DNA from: a virus
Lineage: Duplodnaviria > Caudoviricetes
Length of the DNA stretch: 64,000 bases
Virus record (IMG/VR): IMGVR_UViG_2617271113_000004
Span: 1 to 64,000 of that record
Strand: one strand, 5' to 3'
Numbering within the stretch: position 1 is the first letter of the stretch; every line of letters starts with the position of its first letter. The position numbers were made by a program, and so were the translations under genes. Positions 10,016 through 19,087 of the stretch are shown one piece after another. The notes under the pieces were generated by a model. That model worked only from the letters and a program-made list of their open reading frames with translations, made no database searches and was not told where the DNA came from.

Positions 10016-10333
10016 TTAGTGTACGATATAGCCTTCTCTCTCAATAGAAGAAGCCTCATTAAGTAATCTGTTCTCTTCTTTAGTTTTATTTATTCTGCTT
10101 TTAATTGTTTGTGGTTGAGGAGCAACTGCAATTAAAATTAAATCTCCTCCTCCATTTTCACTGAAGATAATTGTGTTTGTTCTTCTACCTTCAGTCAAAT
10201 CAATATAAAACCCTTTTTCTTTGGCAGCTTTAATTTGTCTTTTTACAGGACTTGACCCAGCATTACTTACACTAATAATCTTATTTGCTACTACAAAGTT
10301 CTCAAATCCAACGTTAATTAATTGTATATTCAT
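10016..10333 (-). CDS. remA: RemA (DUF370) family regulator homolog
   Basis: LINVGFENFVVANKIISV...SSPVKR.I..AKEKG..IDLTEGRRT aligns with B. subtilis RemA as recalled (LINIGFGNIISANRMISIV...[26 protein letters not shown]); start moved to MNIQ after AAAGGA. Confidence 0.85.
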   Translation of the reverse strand: MNIQLINVGFENFVVANKIISVSNAGSSPVKRQIKAAKEKGFYIDLTEGRRTNTIIFSENGGGDLILIAVAPQPQTIKSRINKTKEENRLLNEASSIEREGYIVH

Positions 10334-10394
10334 TATGTCATACATCCTTTTCATATTTTATAGGGTATATGGCATATAAATCTTCATCTCTTTT

Positions 10395-10408
10395 TGTAAT
10401 GCATTACA
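10395..10408. promoter_or_regulatory. 14-bp palindromic operator (perfect copy)
   Basis: TGTAATGCATTACA in the intergenic gap upstream of remA-dnaE. Confidence 0.7.
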
Positions 10409-10436
10409 TATTGGTTATATATTTATATTAAGGGTT

Positions 10437-10631
10437 TTATAATAACTTTTCAATATTCTCTAATGAAGTCTCATCAACTAAATGTAATTCCCTATAGAGT
10501 TGATGTGGAAAGATAACATTTTTTATTGCTACATAATTATTTTCTTCTTGAATCTTAGTATCTTTATCAACTTTTAACATGATTTGTTTTTCATTAAACC
10601 CAACACCGACTATTCCGACCACCGTGCCCAT
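10437..10631 (-). CDS. hypothetical protein
   Basis: ORF with GGGGAA RBS overlapping the end of the upstream gene. Confidence 0.6.
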   Translation of the reverse strand: MGTVVGIVGVGFNEKQIMLKVDKDTKIQEENNYVAIKNVIFPHQLYRELHLVDETSLENIEKLL

Positions 10632-11374
10632 TTAACTTCCCCCTGACTGATTTTATCTTGAATTTGACGAACAATTCTAAGCCTTGAACGATTTACGGAT
10701 CTTCTATTCTTACCGATTAGTCTTCCAATTTGTTTATCCGTGTTTCGTTCTAAGTAATACTTTGTGAGAATAAGCCTACCCTCTCTTGTAAGTTCTGAGA
10801 AGGGGTACTGTGCATTAATTCCATTAAGCCAAAACGGGTGATTAAGTATAAGATCTTCTTCTAGTTCTATATGAAGATTATCACTTAGCTCATCATCAGA
10901 TTCATTGCAATTGGGGAGCATCACTTGACTTGTATGTTGATGCCTCATTAGCTCTTTTATATGTCTTATTAGTTCATATTTATATGCTTCATATATATAA
11001 GCACTGAAGCTTTTATTCATATCCTTATAGCGATTAGCGCATTCTAGGAATGGAATTAACACCTCATGATAGATGTCTTCATGATCTAAGCTTTTAAAAG
11101 CTTGTTTTAAATATTTTAAAACTGAATATGCGTTTGAAATATCTTGCTTCGAGTGGTACTTGCCTCTACGAAGAGACTTTCTATCTACATTATCAGCAAG
11201 ATAACAACTAAGAAAATAGCGAATATCATAATTACTAAAGTCAATATTCTCAAATGTAAACAACTTATAATATTTATTGATGAAATTGGAGAATTGCTTA
11301 ACTAATGCTTCTGATTCTTTCTCCTCCTGATATGACTTAACTAGCAGTTCGATATCTGTTTTGCATAACTTCAT
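10610..11374 (-). CDS. phage sigma70-like factor
   Basis: Region-2-like DIYHE....F.....RY.....SFSAYI; region-4 HTH LTREGRLIL..YY......KQIGRLIGKNRRSV.R.R. Confidence 0.7.
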   Translation of the reverse strand: MKLCKTDIELLVKSYQEEKESEALVKQFSNFINKYYKLFTFENIDFSNYDIRYFLSCYLADNVDRKSLRRGKYHSKQDISNAYSVLKYLKQAFKSLDHEDIYHEVLIPFLECANRYKDMNKSFSAYIYEAYKYELIRHIKELMRHQHTSQVMLPNCNESDDELSDNLHIELEEDLILNHPFWLNGINAQYPFSELTREGRLILTKYYLERNTDKQIGRLIGKNRRSVNRSRLRIVRQIQDKISQGEVKWARWSE

Positions 11375-11891
11375 TTTCTTTGTCCTTTTTATAAATATTC
11401 AATTCAAAATAAGGATTTTCACCGTTTTTAACTTTATGAAAATCTATTACTCTAGGCAGTGCTAAGCTATCATTTTCATAAATAATATCTTCAAGAGCAT
11501 CCATCATTAATTTAAAAGCATTATGGGTGTCTCTTTTTCTGTTATCATTTGGAAAGTAAGCAGTTAATTCAAGCACTACTTTTCCAGCTGCAAAGTTCCA
11601 TTCATTATCTCTAACCCACATTTTCGCCAGATCTGCCCATTTATCCGATAACTCCTGAGCTGGTTTAGTTAATCGTTGCCTTCCTTTTGCCATTCGCTCA
11701 TATATATGATTCACACTAGGATAAACACCAGGGTCTCCATTGTTTTCATCATGATAAACCCAACATTTTTCCCGAATATAATTTCCTTTATTATTCTTCA
11801 TCGTCTTTCCATTTTTATCTTTCTTCGGTTTGGTTGATCGAAATTTCCCAAACATCATCATCGGGAGAATTAACTTTTCATACATTATCAT
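11337..11891 (-). CDS. rusA: RusA family Holliday junction resolvase
   Basis: PSVNH.Y and RKRDTHNAFKLMMDALEDIIYENDS match the RusA D.DN..K...DAL.....DD motif. Confidence 0.8.
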   Translation of the reverse strand: MIMYEKLILPMMMFGKFRSTKPKKDKNGKTMKNNKGNYIREKCWVYHDENNGDPGVYPSVNHIYERMAKGRQRLTKPAQELSDKWADLAKMWVRDNEWNFAAGKVVLELTAYFPNDNRKRDTHNAFKLMMDALEDIIYENDSLALPRVIDFHKVKNGENPYFELNIYKKDKENEVMQNRYRTAS

Positions 11892-11899
11892 TCTCCTTT

Positions 11900-12379
11900 C
11901 TAATTGATCCCAAGTTGTGGCATAATCGTTAATGTCACGTTAATTGCTTCACCAAGGTACATGCCTTTTTCATTGTGTCTTTTTAAATAACTAATTTCTA
12001 TCCCCGAAGCTTTATCGACGTCAATATGTTCTTTTTCTTTTGCATATTTAATAATTGTCGCTTTAATAATATGATCACTCGTCATATTTACTTGATCTTT
12101 CATGCGTAAAGATTTCCAGTCATCTTCTTCCTCATCGATAAAGTCATTTAAAGCATTACAATATTCATCAAAATTTAGACGTACTTCAGAACTTAACTCG
12201 TCAAAATGATGTGGTTCTAATATCAAATCTATAACTTGGACACCACCGTCTGTATTGACATTAACATTTATAAGTTTATCATTTTTCTTTATTTCTGCTG
12301 CTCCACTTTCTAATGAAAAGTTCTTTTTACTTCCGATTTTCCTCATTCGATTGCTTATCTTTTCCTGTACTTCGCTCAT
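11900..12379 (-). CDS. hypothetical protein
   Basis: ORF with AGGAGG RBS. Confidence 0.75.
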   Translation of the reverse strand: MSEVQEKISNRMRKIGSKKNFSLESGAAEIKKNDKLINVNVNTDGGVQVIDLILEPHHFDELSSEVRLNFDEYCNALNDFIDEEEDDWKSLRMKDQVNMTSDHIIKATIIKYAKEKEHIDVDKASGIEISYLKRHNEKGMYLGEAINVTLTIMPQLGIN

Positions 12380-12455
12380 TTTGCTCCTCCTTTACTGACT
12401 GTTTTAGATTACTCATTTTAATGCCTTTTCCTTCATCCTCAACAATATCAATCAA
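12327..12455 (-). CDS. small unannotated ORF (42 aa, MIDIVEDEGKG...)
   Basis: AAGGAGG RBS, TTG start overlapping the upstream stop; translated by hand. Confidence 0.35.
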   Translation of the reverse strand: MIDIVEDEGKGIKMSNLKQSVKEEQNERSTGKDKQSNEENRK

Positions 12456-12676
12456 TTTATATCCTCCTTTCGAAATTCAATTCTTTGTTTTTCTTGGCTA
12501 ATGTCTAGGTGACAATCACACTTCACACATCGAAATTGATCCTCTCTTACCCGCTCCCAAGTCTCAATAGTTTTGCAATTGTTGCATAAAATAAAACTAA
12601 AAAACTCTTCGGCACAGTTATAATGAACTTTTAAAGAACCGATTAAAATCACTCCTTTAAATGTAATGCCTTTCAA
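12452..12676 (-). CDS. small Zn-ribbon protein (true start probably further inside)
   Basis: CNNC...CVKC. Confidence 0.6.
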   Translation of the reverse strand: MKGITFKGVILIGSLKVHYNCAEEFFSFILCNNCKTIETWERVREDQFRCVKCDCHLDISQEKQRIEFRKEDIN

Positions 12677-12692
12677 TAAAACTATTATATCA
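12662..12692 (-). promoter_or_regulatory. extended -10 promoter plus operator variant
   Basis: Minus strand TGaTATAAT followed 8 nt later by TGAAAGGCATTACA (12662-12675). Confidence 0.65.
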
Positions 12693-12710
12693 CATAATTC
12701 TTAAAAATAA

Positions 12711-12733
12711 AGCAGAATCCTAAAGATTCTGCT
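12711..12733 (-). terminator. rho-independent terminator after the S8 protease gene
   Basis: AGCAGAATC-5 nt-GATTCTGCT followed by a T-rich tract on minus. Confidence 0.75.
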
Positions 12734-12738
12734 AAGTT

Positions 12739-13641
12739 TTATATAAGTTTTGCCAGATTAATTAATCCAGCTCCAAAATACTCATCTTTTCCGTCATTTC
12801 CTAAATCTACAGTAGCTTGTGATATGGCCTTATGGATTACATCGATGTTTACAGATTTAGAAAAATTTTTATGAATGGACAGGTATAAAGCAATTGACCC
12901 TGTTATAATGGGGGTTGCCATTGAAGTTCCTGATAATTTAGCATAACCCTTATTCTTGTAACAAGATAGTATATCAACACCTGGTGCTGTAATTTCGTTT
13001 TTTACACCATAATTAGAGAAACTTGCTTTATCGTATTTATTATCAATTGCACCTACTGCAATTACTTCGTCATACCTTGCGGGATAACAAACGCTGCTAT
13101 TTGCATTTCCTGTAGCAGCTACGATTACAATACCTTGAGCTTTCGCTTGTTTAATTGCCTCATAAAAATCATTTGGTGGTTGTTTTGCTGTACCTAAACT
13201 CATATTAATAATATCTACTTTTTTACTTATTGCCCATCTAATGCCTTTTATAATAGAACCAAATGACCCACTTCCATTGTCTCCTAATACTTTTCCTGCA
13301 TAAATTTCAGCGTCAGGTGCAACACCGGTGATTCCAACACCGTTATCGCTACCGGCTATTATTCCAGCCACATGTGTGCCATGTCCTTGAATATCAAGTG
13401 AAGCAGAAGGTGAATTAGTAAAGTCTTTATGATCTTTAACATTATTTATTAAATCTGGATGATTATAATCTATCCCTGTATCTAATACAGCTACTTTAAT
13501 GTTTTCCCCTTTTGTTCTTTCCCAAGCTGTTGGAGCCATTATTGTATGAAGTCCCCAGTCAATGAAATCTGTACCTAGATCTGGTAAATGAACTTCTTTT
13601 ATTTGATGAGAGTCAAATGTGACTACGTTTTCTTTAATCAT
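12739..13641 (-). CDS. subtilisin-family (S8) serine protease without signal peptide
   Basis: Catalytic triad VAVLDTG, HGTHVAG, GTSMATP. Confidence 0.93.
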   Translation of the reverse strand: MIKENVVTFDSHQIKEVHLPDLGTDFIDWGLHTIMAPTAWERTKGENIKVAVLDTGIDYNHPDLINNVKDHKDFTNSPSASLDIQGHGTHVAGIIAGSDNGVGITGVAPDAEIYAGKVLGDNGSGSFGSIIKGIRWAISKKVDIINMSLGTAKQPPNDFYEAIKQAKAQGIVIVAATGNANSSVCYPARYDEVIAVGAIDNKYDKASFSNYGVKNEITAPGVDILSCYKNKGYAKLSGTSMATPIITGSIALYLSIHKNFSKSVNIDVIHKAISQATVDLGNDGKDEYFGAGLINLAKLI

Positions 13642-13659
13642 TGCATATTCACTACCAAT

Positions 13660-13809
13660 CTATAACTTTTTTCTCTTTCCACACTTATTACAAGTTTCAG
13701 CATATATTTTTGCATAGTTCGAATTTTTAAGGTAGAAGTACTCCCCAGAATAGTCATAGCGGTGTTTACAAAATAATTGTTTTATTCTTGCTTGTACATT
13801 ATTTAACAT
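13660..13809 (-). CDS. small phage Zn-binding protein (49 aa), below the ORF-track size cutoff
   Basis: MLNNVQARIKQLFCKHRYDY...CNKCGKRKKL; fills the gap and overlaps the upstream stop. Confidence 0.65.
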   Translation of the reverse strand: MLNNVQARIKQLFCKHRYDYSGEYFYLKNSNYAKIYAETCNKCGKRKKL

Positions 13810-14210
13810 TCTTTAATATCCATCCCTTCATTGAACGAATTATTATAACGGTGCGGATACATTTTCTTGTATATTACTTTCTTAATTCCTGCTTGATTAA
13901 GAGATTTCATGCAATCAGGACATGGGTAATCTGTGACATATGCAATAGCTCCCTCACAGCTCACCCCATGTTTAGCACATTGCAACAAGGCATTTAATTC
14001 AGCATGTATGGTTCGCTTACATCCTCCTTCATACATAAGGTGTCCTTCATCGTCACAGTGTGTGTGCCCGCTAATAGAACCATTATATCCTGTAGCTATA
14101 ATACGATTGTCTTTTACTAACACACAGCCTACATGTAACCTATCACATGTAGCTCGTTGACTTACTAAGGTAGCTTGATCAATAAAATATTCATCCCATG
14201 TTTTTCTCAA
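13803..14210 (-). CDS. dCMP deaminase (ComEB-like)
   Basis: WDEYF, RATC.RL.VG, TGYNG, HAE.NA, PCPDC; TTG start after GGAGG. Confidence 0.92.
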   Translation of the reverse strand: MRKTWDEYFIDQATLVSQRATCDRLHVGCVLVKDNRIIATGYNGSISGHTHCDDEGHLMYEGGCKRTIHAELNALLQCAKHGVSCEGAIAYVTDYPCPDCMKSLNQAGIKKVIYKKMYPHRYNNSFNEGMDIKEC

Positions 14211-14241
14211 TATATACCCTCCTCTATTACTTCTAACAAAA

Positions 14242-14979
14242 TTATCTCCATTCCATACATAAATCTTTAACAGGACATGAGCTACACATGAAACTTTCAT
14301 TAGGATAATACCAGCCTTGACTCATAGCTGTTTTCATCATTTTTACAGACTTGTATAGTCGCTGATAGTCTTTACGTGCACGCTCAACATATATTGTTTT
14401 AGAAGTACGTATATTTTCTATACAAAAACTGTCAGCAATTTTTTTAAACATTGAATCAAAAGCAATAGCTTGTAGTGTAATACCCATATCTGTACGCTGC
14501 CAAAATTCATCATATTTCTGTTTACCAGTTTTAAAATTTACTATTTCATATCCTTGAAGTGTCTTTCTTATTAAAGGTATCTTGTCTTGAATTGCAAAAT
14601 CGCCAAATGGAATACGAAAATCTAAATTTACAGCTACTATATCTGATTCTGATCGCTGTTCCTTGCGATACATTTGTTGCAGCATTTTAAATGCTTCTAA
14701 TTCTCTTGTGCGTTTTTCTCTATCTCCATTTAATTTAATGTCATAAAGATCCATTTCTCCATACCAAATGCTTGAGAATTTTTCTTTAAGCTCTCCCATT
14801 GTGATGAACTTGCCATCCTGAAGATTATAATAGAAATAGTTAATGGTACTATTTACTGCTTCACGCAATCCATCAGCTGCGTTTAGACTAGTGTTTAACT
14901 TATCTTTTTTAGTAAGTTTATAGCGAAGAGAACAGCGCTTAAACTCATATAAGTCACTTAATGTTATAACGGCATTCAT
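14242..14979 (-). CDS. PD-(D/E)XK nuclease-fold protein (AddB/Cas4-like) with degenerate active site
   Basis: N-terminal C..RY, IVNFKTG, Q motif, C-terminal CSSCPVKDLC. Confidence 0.7.
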   Translation of the reverse strand: MNAVITLSDLYEFKRCSLRYKLTKKDKLNTSLNAADGLREAVNSTINYFYYNLQDGKFITMGELKEKFSSIWYGEMDLYDIKLNGDREKRTRELEAFKMLQQMYRKEQRSESDIVAVNLDFRIPFGDFAIQDKIPLIRKTLQGYEIVNFKTGKQKYDEFWQRTDMGITLQAIAFDSMFKKIADSFCIENIRTSKTIYVERARKDYQRLYKSVKMMKTAMSQGWYYPNESFMCSSCPVKDLCMEWR

Positions 14980-14982
14980 GAA

Positions 14983-15330
14983 TTAATCCTCTAACGATGC
15001 CATTGACGGTAAGCTACTAGTCCTGAAATCAGCATAATATTCTCTTTCAAAAGCTAATCTCTGATGATCTATAGCAAATGGATTGTTAAGATCATTTTCT
15101 AATCTATCCCGTAAACTTCCAGCAATTGCATCATTTATATAATCTGTTATAGAACGACTACTAAAGCTTTTTAAGGCCTTTTTAGCATTAACTTTTTGCT
15201 CTATGATGAACTCAAGCTCATCAATAGTTAATACTTCTTTTGTTACTAGTTCTTCAATTTTACTCTGTAAATTGATTAGCCTTATATTATCATTGCTTGT
15301 TGCTTGTAAATATGCTTCAATTAATTCCAT
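14983..15330 (-). CDS. hypothetical protein (N-terminus MELIEAYL)
   Basis: ORF with GAGGAGG RBS. Confidence 0.7.
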   Translation of the reverse strand: MELIEAYLQATSNDNIRLINLQSKIEELVTKEVLTIDELEFIIEQKVNAKKALKSFSSRSITDYINDAIAGSLRDRLENDLNNPFAIDHQRLAFEREYYADFRTSSLPSMASLED

Positions 15331-15351
15331 TTGCTATTCCTCCTCTATATT

Positions 15352-16392
15352 TTACAGGTCATCAAACCCATTAAGGTCACTTGTCTTTGTATATTGTCGA
15401 GATCGTTGTTCGAAGAAATCAGTTTTCGTTCCATCTACATTATCTACATAAGCACGTATCCACTTCATTGGATTTTCGATGTTATCTGGATAAATATCAT
15501 TCAATCCCATCATACGCAGCATTTTGTTTGCACGATATTTTATATATCCTTCCATTTCTTCAAGGTCGATGCCTTCAACGTCACCTAACACATATTTGGA
15601 CCATTCAATTTCTAGATCAACGGATTTTTGAAAGTGCTCATATACCCATGTAACAAGCTCTTTTGTGTTTAAATCTGGATTTTCATCTAAAGTAGCACGG
15701 AATAGTTCAGAGATAAATCGTCCATGCTCTAGTTCATCACGGTTAATATAACTTATCATCGTAGAAGTTCCTACCATCTTATTGTTACGAGCTAAATTGT
15801 AAAAGAAAGCAAAACCTGAATAGAAAAACAATCCTTCTAATAAAGATGTATAAACCAAAGTTTTTAAGATGTTTTCGATTGTTGCTTCCTCTACAAACTG
15901 ATTATATTGATTAATTAACTCTTCATTTCTTTTAAGTAATATTGGATCCTTTCTCCCTAATTGAAAAGATTCATTTTGTTCATCTAAGGAAACAACTGAA
16001 GATAAAACATAAGAATAACTTTCATTATGAACGGCTTCCTGTTGAGCAATGACTGCCATAATAGATTGTACCGATGGATCAGTGGCATACAATGAAAGAA
16101 GTAGTGCTGTCCTAGTTTGTGGCCCATCTAATGTTGATAATAAACCGATTATTTTTAAGTAAGCCTCTCGCTCTTCATTAGATAGAAAAGGAAATTCTTT
16201 TGTATCACTATGCATATTGATCTCATCTGCTTGCCAATAGTTTCCTACTAAACGCTTATACATCTTATGCCAATGCGGATAAGCAATATCATTCCAGTTT
16301 AAAATGCCACTTGATCTTCCACCGAAAATCCCCGTAGACTTATTCGGATTCAATGGTTCTAATGTTTTTGCTTTATTTATATAACTATTCAT
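15352..16392 (-). CDS. nrdF: class I ribonucleotide reductase beta subunit
   Basis: Metal ligands LD, QEAVH..SY (radical Tyr), LEG..FYSGF, RDE.EH; C-terminal TDFFEQRSRQY. Confidence 0.93.
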   Translation of the reverse strand: MNSYINKAKTLEPLNPNKSTGIFGGRSSGILNWNDIAYPHWHKMYKRLVGNYWQADEINMHSDTKEFPFLSNEEREAYLKIIGLLSTLDGPQTRTALLLSLYATDPSVQSIMAVIAQQEAVHNESYSYVLSSVVSLDEQNESFQLGRKDPILLKRNEELINQYNQFVEEATIENILKTLVYTSLLEGLFFYSGFAFFYNLARNNKMVGTSTMISYINRDELEHGRFISELFRATLDENPDLNTKELVTWVYEHFQKSVDLEIEWSKYVLGDVEGIDLEEMEGYIKYRANKMLRMMGLNDIYPDNIENPMKWIRAYVDNVDGTKTDFFEQRSRQYTKTSDLNGFDDL

Positions 16393-16819
16393 TTATCAAT
16401 ACTCCTTTTACCCATTCTGTTACTTGATTTTCTTGCAGTCCTCTTGGGGATTGTTCAATTTTCAAACCAGGATAATCACTATTATAAAACTTTGCTAATT
16501 TATCAACTGCATTACAAAATAGATCATCTCCTCCAAATTGAGTGTCTCCGGTGCCAAAAATAGCTACATTATTTGGTTTGTATCCAACTTCGAGTATGAA
16601 GTCTTTAACCTCATCAGGAGTTGATCCCTTTTCCCATGTGAAGGTTCCTATAAATATAAAGTCATATATTTTAGCATTTACAGGTGGAGATATGCCGATT
16701 TGATGCATCTCGACACAAGCTCCAACACTGTATAATTGAGTTTCAATCACCTCAGCAACTTCTTTTGTATTTCCACTGTAGCTTAAATAGGCAACTAAGA
16801 TTTTTAACTCTGACACCAT
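16385..16819 (-). CDS. flavodoxin (RNR-associated)
   Basis: SYSGNTKEVA, GTFTWEKG, FGTGDTQFGG. Confidence 0.9.
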   Translation of the reverse strand: MVSELKILVAYLSYSGNTKEVAEVIETQLYSVGACVEMHQIGISPPVNAKIYDFIFIGTFTWEKGSTPDEVKDFILEVGYKPNNVAIFGTGDTQFGGDDLFCNAVDKLAKFYNSDYPGLKIEQSPRGLQENQVTEWVKGVLINE

Positions 16820-19008
16820 TCACATTCCTCTACATCACTTGATGTTGATCGTACATAGTAAGTTGTTTTTAAACCCTCTTTCCAAGCTTGAAGATGAAGA
16901 TCTAACAATAATGATGCTTTAATCGTATGTGGCACATAGAAATTAAAAGATAAACTTTGATCAATGTGTTTTTGTCTTGCAGCATTTTGCTTTACTGACC
17001 ATCTTTGATCCACAATATAGGCTGACTTTCGATACACATCATATGTTTTATGATCTAGTTCTGGAGCAGTTTTTGGAATTTTAAAGTCCTTCTTTTCTTC
17101 ATGATAAAATGGTTTAAATATAGGATCGATACTTGCAGTAGACCCTGCAATCATTGCTGTAGTTGAATTAGGCGCTACAGCCATTAGATAGGCATTTCTC
17201 ATACCATTAGATATTACATCTTTAGAAAGTTCTACCCACTTATTAGAATCATAGCCGTGCTTTCTAAAGTAATCTCCAGTTTGCCAATCAGATCCATTGT
17301 ATAATGGGTAGGCCCCTTTTTCTTTGGATAGCTCCATCGATGCTTTAATCGTTAGATAAGAAATGATTTCATACAATTCGTCTGCATAGTCTACTGCCTC
17401 ATCAGACTCCCACTTAATATTTTTCTTGGCTAATAAATGATGCCAGCCAAATGTACCAAGGCCAATAGCTCTATACTTCTTATTAGTTAGTTGAGCTTGC
17501 AAGATAGGTAGCGTATTAATATCAACTACATTGTCTAACATACGAACTTGAATCTTTATCAATCGTTCTAGTACGTCATCGGGAACCGCCTTACCAAGAT
17601 TAATGGAACTTAAATTACATACAACATAGTCTCCTGATTGGTATTTCTTAATGATGGTATTTTCTTCTTCTAATAATTCTTCTATAAATTCAGATGGAGA
17701 TTGATTCTGTGTTATTTCTGTGCACAAGTTAGAACAATAGATCATTCCTTCATGACTATTTGTATTCATCCGATTTACTTCATCACGATAGAACATAAAC
17801 GGTGTTCCAGACTCTAATTGTGATTTCATAATTCGTTTCATTAAATCAATAGCAGGAACTTTTTTCTTTGTTAGGAGATCAGATTGCACACATTCCTTAT
17901 ATTTCTCACGCCATGATCCGTTGCTTTTTTCTTCATCATAGAAATCTTCTAATGAGTACCCCATTACTTGGCGTACTTCATGAGGATCAAATAGAAACCA
18001 GTCACCTCTGTTTTCTACTTGCTCCATAAATAAATCCGGTAGAGTTACTCCCGTAAATATATCATGGGCTCTCATGCGTTCGTCTCCGTTGTTAAGCTTT
18101 AAATCTAAGAAGGATTCTATATCTGCGTGCCAAATGTCTAAGTAAATTGCAATTGCTCCTTTACGAGTTCCCAGCTGGTCTACGTTAACTGCAGTATTAT
18201 TTAGCTGTTTAATCCAAGGAACTACTCCACTAGACATACCCTTAAATCCTTTAATAGAACTTCCTCTGCTTCGAATCTTGCCCATATATACTCCAATGCC
18301 TCCACCATTCTTAGAAAGCTTAGCGATGTCTGTATTGCTATCATAAATTGACTGTAAGCTATCATCTACCGTGTCAATAAAGCAACTAGATAATTGTCCA
18401 TGTGTTTTGCCTGCATTGTTTAATGTTGGGGTTGCAACTGTCATATAAAGATTGCTTAATGCCCAGTAGGCTTCTTTTACATAATCTAAGCGTGCATCTT
18501 TATCTTCATCTTGCATCAACCACATAGCAATAATCATCCAACGCTCCTGAGGTAATTCATATACGTTCTTATCATGGTCTGTTGCTAAGTAACGAGTTGC
18601 TAAACTATAAAGTCCTAAATAATCAAACAACAAATCCCTTTTAGTATCTATTTCTAAACTTAATTGGTCAATTTCAGTTTTATTGTATTTTTTAAGTAAA
18701 TTAGTATGATAGATTTTCTTATCTGTGAGTATTTGGATTAGTTCATAAAAGTTCTCACTCCGATGTTCTGAGGCTTTGTGATAAAGGTGTCTAAGATAAA
18801 TTCTACTTGCTAGATATGTCCAATCTGGTGAAGTTTCATCTACTCTCTCAAGAGCTGACTTAATTAATGTGTCAAATACTTTGTCGATAGGTTGACCTGC
18901 ACTTTTCACTACTTTTTCAAGGTATTCAGAAGTGTTAATGGAGAGCCCTTTTTCTGCGTCGTGTATAATACTTTTAATATTGTGATCCTGCAAAACTTCT
19001 GCTTTCAT
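16804..19008 (-). CDS. nrdE: class I ribonucleotide reductase alpha subunit
   Basis: ATPTL.NAG, SSCF, SNLCTEI, VCNLSS, APNST, KTTYY, C-terminal CEWC. Confidence 0.95.
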   Translation of the reverse strand: MKAEVLQDHNIKSIIHDAEKGLSINTSEYLEKVVKSAGQPIDKVFDTLIKSALERVDETSPDWTYLASRIYLRHLYHKASEHRSENFYELIQILTDKKIYHTNLLKKYNKTEIDQLSLEIDTKRDLLFDYLGLYSLATRYLATDHDKNVYELPQERWMIIAMWLMQDEDKDARLDYVKEAYWALSNLYMTVATPTLNNAGKTHGQLSSCFIDTVDDSLQSIYDSNTDIAKLSKNGGGIGVYMGKIRSRGSSIKGFKGMSSGVVPWIKQLNNTAVNVDQLGTRKGAIAIYLDIWHADIESFLDLKLNNGDERMRAHDIFTGVTLPDLFMEQVENRGDWFLFDPHEVRQVMGYSLEDFYDEEKSNGSWREKYKECVQSDLLTKKKVPAIDLMKRIMKSQLESGTPFMFYRDEVNRMNTNSHEGMIYCSNLCTEITQNQSPSEFIEELLEEENTIIKKYQSGDYVVCNLSSINLGKAVPDDVLERLIKIQVRMLDNVVDINTLPILQAQLTNKKYRAIGLGTFGWHHLLAKKNIKWESDEAVDYADELYEIISYLTIKASMELSKEKGAYPLYNGSDWQTGDYFRKHGYDSNKWVELSKDVISNGMRNAYLMAVAPNSTTAMIAGSTASIDPIFKPFYHEEKKDFKIPKTAPELDHKTYDVYRKSAYIVDQRWSVKQNAARQKHIDQSLSFNFYVPHTIKASLLLDLHLQAWKEGLKTTYYVRSTSSDVEECEWCQS

Positions 19009-19029
19009 GAATAATTCCTCCGTCTATAA

Positions 19030-19043
19030 TGTAATGCATTACA
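19030..19043. promoter_or_regulatory. 14-bp palindromic operator (perfect copy)
   Basis: TGTAATGCATTACA between the nrd -10 element and the RBS. Confidence 0.75.
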
Positions 19044-19058
19044 TAATGTGTGTTTTCT

Positions 19059-19087
19059 ATTGTAGTTTAAATATTATTTTAAATCAA
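19059..19087 (-). promoter_or_regulatory. sigmaA-type promoter of the nrd operon
   Basis: TTGATT-17 bp-TACAAT on minus. Confidence 0.7.

Noticed and set aside
1968-14210. Modified-base DNA pathway (MazG, dCMP deaminase, kinase)
   Set aside because: No base-modifying enzyme (PurZ, hydroxymethylase, Que/Dpd) in the window; consistent with ordinary dNTP supply
14242-14979. Cas4 or a CRISPR system
   Set aside because: No other cas genes and no repeat-spacer array seen; such folds are common solo phage genes
6495-19008. Inteins or group I introns in dnaE or nrd genes, as in SPbeta
   Set aside because: The ORFs are continuous and of normal length, with no intein ends or homing endonuclease motifs
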